From positions 1-64,000 of the forward strand of contig NW_021832721.1 of the NCBI RefSeq assembly GCF_006345805.1: a DNA stretch of 64,000 nt, read 5' to 3'. Positions within the stretch are counted from its first letter, which is position 1. The number at the start of each line of letters is the position of its first letter. Below the pieces are notes generated by a model. The model had not been told where the DNA came from, did no database searches, and saw nothing but the letters and a program-made list of their open reading frames with translations. Source of the stretch: Octopus sinensis. Its lineage: Eukaryota. Both the position numbers and the translations under genes were made by a program. This document shows, one piece after another, positions 1 through 64,000 of this stretch.

Positions 1-160
1 GTTCGGCAAAAGAGACCGATAGAATAAGTAGTAGGCTTACAAAGAACAAGTCCTGGGGTCGATTTGCTCGACTAAAACGTGGTGCTGCAGCATGGCTACA
101 GTCAAATGACTGAAACAACAAGTAAAAGAGTAAAAGAGGAATCTTATCCAAAAGACTTAC

Positions 161-61420
<61,260 letters not shown>

Positions 61421-62559
61421 CTGTAACGGAAAATATAATGCCTAGAGATTTAGGAAAGCGAAGCTGATGGTGACAGGGTAGATGACAATGACAATGGTGA
61501 TGATGATGAGTATCATGATGATATTGATGATGATGGTAGTGGTATTGATGGTGTTTATCTTAATTATGTTGATGAGGAAAGCCATGGCAATGATAACGTT
61601 GATGATCGTGATGGTGAAGAATTTACGTAGCTGGAAATATTTTCAGAGAAATAAAGAAAGTAAATGGCTAAGAGTTTAAAGGTTGTAGATATTTGCATAT
61701 GATTAAATTTGCTTTAAACATACAATTAGAAGATCGATATGTGGCATTCATCGTTGATCCAGAGCTAAACGCAGTAAGAGTTATACAGACATGAATACAC
61801 TAGTATTGGACCAGCCATACACAGAACATAAACATATGTATTCACATACATAAAATGTCACCAGTAACTATTTGGTCCAAAATGGGGAACTTTTCCTTTT
61901 GAACGGCACTTTTCAACACAATTTCTAGTTAACTAAACACTTTTAAACTTCGTATTCTGGTAGAATGTGTTTATAAAACATCATTTACTCTTTATTGAAA
62001 AAATTCTATAGTTTGTAACATATTTCGTCTTTAATTTCGAGCATTTGGCAATTTTAACCAATCGCTAACCTCCATTTGGGTAAATAACATTCTGTGCATA
62101 ATGAATATGTCCCTCCTTTAAGAAACAGATTGGGTTTATTTACATATGAGTATACATAAACATATGTATACTCATACATAAAATGTGCTGCTTGAACTGT
62201 CACACGGTCCTATGTACTTACACACACACATAAGGACTCACAAACACACACACACACACACACACACTCATATACCTATTTCTTTACTACTCACAAGGGG
62301 CTAAACATAGACGGGACAAACAGGGACAGACATAGTTATTAAGTTAATTACATCGACCCCAGTGCGTAACTGGTACTTAATTTATCGACCCCGAAAGGAT
62401 GAAAGGCAAAGTCGACCTCGGCGGAGTTTGAACTCAGAACGTAGCGCCAGACGAAATACGGCTACGCATTTCGCCTAGCGTGCTAACGTTTCTGCCAGCT
62501 CGCCACCAAACAAATTGTAACACCTTAAGTAGGTGAAGACTTCCTTTAGTCTGGTCTGT

Positions 62560-62960
62560 CGGTGTTTCTACTTTACCTGACCATTGTCTTCTGCGCTGGA
62601 CATACCTCTAGAGAATCCATTTGTCGTCACCAGTAATTATTTGGTCAAAAATGGATCTTTCGTCAGACTTGACAGCAAAGAAATGCACATTCGCTGTCTG
62701 CGCACGATTAGTCTCGGGAAGTTTGTGAGGAGCCAATTGAGGCAATTTGCTGACTTCTCCTCTGGCACGCAGATGTCGAATGGTTGAATGAATAAATGCA
62801 AGATTCTCTGGTAGTTCCTCAACAGATACGATGGAATTTTGTTCTACCAGTTTTGCAGAACATCCTCGTCGATGTCTACAGATCTTCCATGACGAGGCTA
62901 GTCCTATAGGCTGTAGTCTCAGATACGGAATTGCAGTAACCCGTATTGACACTGGCTTAC
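62560..62960 (-). mobile_element. Mariner transposase fragment
   Basis: HSTIRHLRARGEVSKLPQLAPHKL (WVPHEL-like) and IITGDDKWIL (TGDEKW-like). Confidence 0.8.
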
Positions 62961-64000
62961 GATTATTGACCGTCACCCATGCAGTGTATTATTACTCATC
63001 GCACGTTCCTTTGCGTTGTCGCCTTTATTGAACTCATAAAGAAGTATTTGCTGAATATGATTATGATAATGATTATGATAATGCTCTCTGACACGTCCAT
63101 TATAGCTTTGAAAAATAATAACTCTTTAAATCGAAATGCACTCTTCGAGATTTCCACTAAGAATAGAATTTCCATTAAGCATAGTGAAATTGCTACCTTG
63201 TTTTATAGCAAGGTGATGCAGGTAATTCATCCCGTCGCAGTCCGATCTTTGGTTCATGCATTTGAAAATGGTATATTTTTATGGGAAGATACAAAAGTGT
63301 GATTCGGAGTAAATTTTAAAAATATAATGGCGAAATAATTAGATGAATGTGGAGGAGGAAAGAAAACGACGATTATGATAAGGAAGAACTAGGAGACGAT
63401 GATGATGTTGATGATGGTGCTGCTGCTGCCGCTCATGATGATGGTGATGATCGTAGTAAAGGTGACGATGACGACGATGATGGTGGTCGGATATGGCAGA
63501 GGATGAGGAGGTGGGTGATGTACTTAGTGGGAATAACGATGATGATACTAATGCTGCTTATGGTGATGATGATAATTCTAATGATAAACATAGCGATCCT
63601 CATGAAGATTTTTCATGAACAAATTGAAGAACTTGATCACGTGGACGTTGACTATGATGAAAGACGAAGCAGAGGATGAAGGTTTTTTTTTTACATGAGA
63701 CAAATATTAAAGAAACAAACAAATGAAAGAGCGGGAGAGGGACGAGAGAGAGGGGAAAGAAGAGGGTGATGAGGCAGACGACGACAAAGAGGAGAAGGAG
63801 GAGATGTGAAAAGGAAGACGAGAAAACAAGACGATGACGACGGAGATGATTATGATAATGCTCATGATGATCATGAGGAAGAGGAAGAAAAACAAGAACA
63901 GAAGAGAGGGAAAATAGAGGAATGTGGAGTGGAGAAGAAGGGGAAAGTGAAGAATGATGAGTGAACGTGAAACAAGAAATAGAACGAAATGAAGAGGGCG

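Noticed and set aside
63135-63275. Minus-strand reading FKCMNQRSDCDGMNYL...FTMLNGNSI, faintly like an LDLa or LRR N-cap
   Set aside because: Stops on both sides, no usable splice sites, and incomplete Cys spacing.

Overview
Repeat-rich animal DNA, most likely a coleoid cephalopod (octopus), judged from the two dominant tRNA-derived SINE families and the (TA)n/(GAA)n/(GAT)n/(TAG)n microsatellite load; this assignment is recognition, not a database result. Almost all ORFs in the supplied track are low-complexity artefacts. The real signal is on the minus strand: 27 dispersed micro-exons (numbered E1-E27 by + coordinate, transcribed E27 to E1). Each has AG/GT splice sites and encodes one typical 24-aa extracellular leucine-rich repeat. 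26 are exactly 72 nt and open; E2 is 71 nt with a premature stop. All are symmetric phase-2 exons split inside a fourfold-degenerate Leu codon (CT|N in 25 of 27). They fall into families A-E, each with its own co-duplicated intron flanks, interleaved in higher-order blocks. Divergence is replacement-rich at predicted concave-face residues, and one site keeps the flank but has lost the exon. No N-cap, C-cap, signal-peptide or transmembrane exon was found, so the gene extends beyond the window. Whether this is one very long constitutive LRR solenoid or a combinatorially spliced cassette library cannot be settled from DNA alone. The introns hold two Penelope-like elements (one with an intact type I hammerhead ribozyme), four Helitrons, CR1, Tx1/L1-like and R4/Dong-like LINE fragments, a mariner fragment, a 5S rRNA-retroposon-tail chimera, hairpin MITEs and many SINEs.
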